This document shows positions 62,700 to 64,000 of a DNA stretch of 64,000 nucleotides, piece by piece (the first letter of the stretch is position 1; each line of letters starts with the position of its first letter). The position numbers were made by a program, and so were the translations under genes. Source of the DNA: Octopus vulgaris (lineage: Eukaryota); the NCBI GenBank assembly GCA_951406725.2, contig OX597817.1, positions 68,758,001-68,822,000 of the forward strand. The letters are read 5' to 3'. The notes under the pieces were generated by a model. It did no database searches and had not been told where the DNA came from. It saw only the letters and a program-made list of their open reading frames with translations.

Positions 62700-64000
62700 T
62701 CAGAATGGTGATAATCTTTCTTTTGTGTCTTATATCAGTTGACGAAAAAGTATCTTCCATATGGTGAAGCTTATTCAGGAGACTAGATATGCTAGAATGT
62801 TGATAAGTAGGTTTTGTACTATTGCACCATGCATCATTATATAAAAAAAATTAGTGGATCAATAATCTCAAATCATCCTGGATAGAATCTTAGTCAAGAT
62901 TGGAAGAATTTGAAGATCAAAGATTGTCTCTGATGAATTCATTAATGCGCAAAGAAAACTACAATGAATGGAAATTAATCACTAAGGTATCATCAGCTAG
63001 ATGATCAATTAATTATTTATAGTAAAGTGAGTTAAATATAGAAGGAAATAACTAGAAACAACTACTTGGGAGATTTTTAATTATTAATTTATTTCTGTAT
63101 AAGCTTGGATTAGCTTTTTCTTTTTTTTTCCATTCAACATATTACTGATTATAAGAATGTAAACGTTATTGCTATAATTGAAATTCTCAGCAAATATGAC
63201 CAATTTTTAGCAGCAGAACATGCCGTATACATGCAAGAGTCACAAGAAAATCTATTATCTCTCTACACATACTGAAAATGGATTCATTAAGCTCTGGAGA
63301 GAATTTGTGCAAATGAAAATCCTTGATGAGATTCGAAATGCAAAATATTATTCATCGTTAATGCCACTCCACAACATTACTCAGATATTGTAAACTGTTC
63401 TAATTATTTACTGGTCTAAAGTTGTAGATAGTTCTGCATTTTCATTTGAAGAACAATTTATTTTAATTTGATAGTTTCTCAAAGGAAATTCTCTTTTGAA
63501 TGCTAACCACTTTAGAAAGATTTTATGTTGGATTTTCAAGTTTACATTTGACAAGCCTATGGATAATGGATCAAATATGTACAGAGGGTGAAATGGAGAG
63601 CAAAGCAGTTTTATGGGAGCTTAAGTCAAACTGCATTTATTCTAGCTGGAGAAAGCAATACACTAAATCACTTTGGCATTGACTGTGTCAAGTCATGCAA
63701 GCAAGTAGTTATTTACTTTGGAGAAAATTCAACAAACACAGTGTTTTCAGCAACAGTGCACAAAGGTGGGAGATTCTAAAACTACATCTTATTGTTTCTT
63801 TGTTTAGAATATCCAAGACGAGATAGTCTTCAGATATCAACATTTACATTTTGTGAGAAAAGACTTTAACTGGGATTGAACAACTAAATCTTAGAGCACA
63901 AGCTTAAACTGAACTAAACAGTATTTTTGATTACATGTCTTCAACATTTCAAAGTGTTCTGCTGCCATCTTTACAGTTAAACGTACTGATGATTGATCCA
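62700..64000 (+). pseudogene. Decayed hAT-superfamily (ZMYM1/DUF4371-like) transposase, runs off the window
   Basis: Fragments QDWKNL, NVIAIIEILSKYDQFLAAEH, YLSTHTENGFI...ILDEIRNAKYYS, DNGSNM and AFILAGESNTLNHFGIDCVKSCKQVVIYFG, with many stops and frameshifts. Confidence 0.75.

Overview
AT-rich, microsatellite-dense eukaryotic DNA, almost entirely intronic or intergenic and repeat-derived. The SINE and microsatellite landscape resembles a coleoid cephalopod (Octopus-like); this is recognition, not a database result. Only one long ORF is real: an uninterrupted R4/Dong-clade non-LTR retrotransposon ORF (RT, CCHC knuckle, restriction-like endonuclease) at 44394-47357. It sits in (TAA)n repeats within a ~6 kb stack of at least three divergent R4/Dong elements plus copies of a non-coding, TAA-flanked element (called family D here). 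One convincing 102-nt host exon lies on the minus strand (11165-11266). Also present: two Penelope-like GIY-YIG relics, a near-canonical minimal hammerhead ribozyme (28275-28355, minus) with several decayed relatives, piggyBac- and hAT-type MITEs, a decayed hAT transposase, CR1/L2-type and RTE-type LINE fragments, many modular tRNA-derived SINEs (families A-H are my own labels) and several fold-back structures. Nearly all other ORFs in the track are microsatellite or SINE artefacts. Repeat boundaries were read by eye and may be off by about 10-20 bp.
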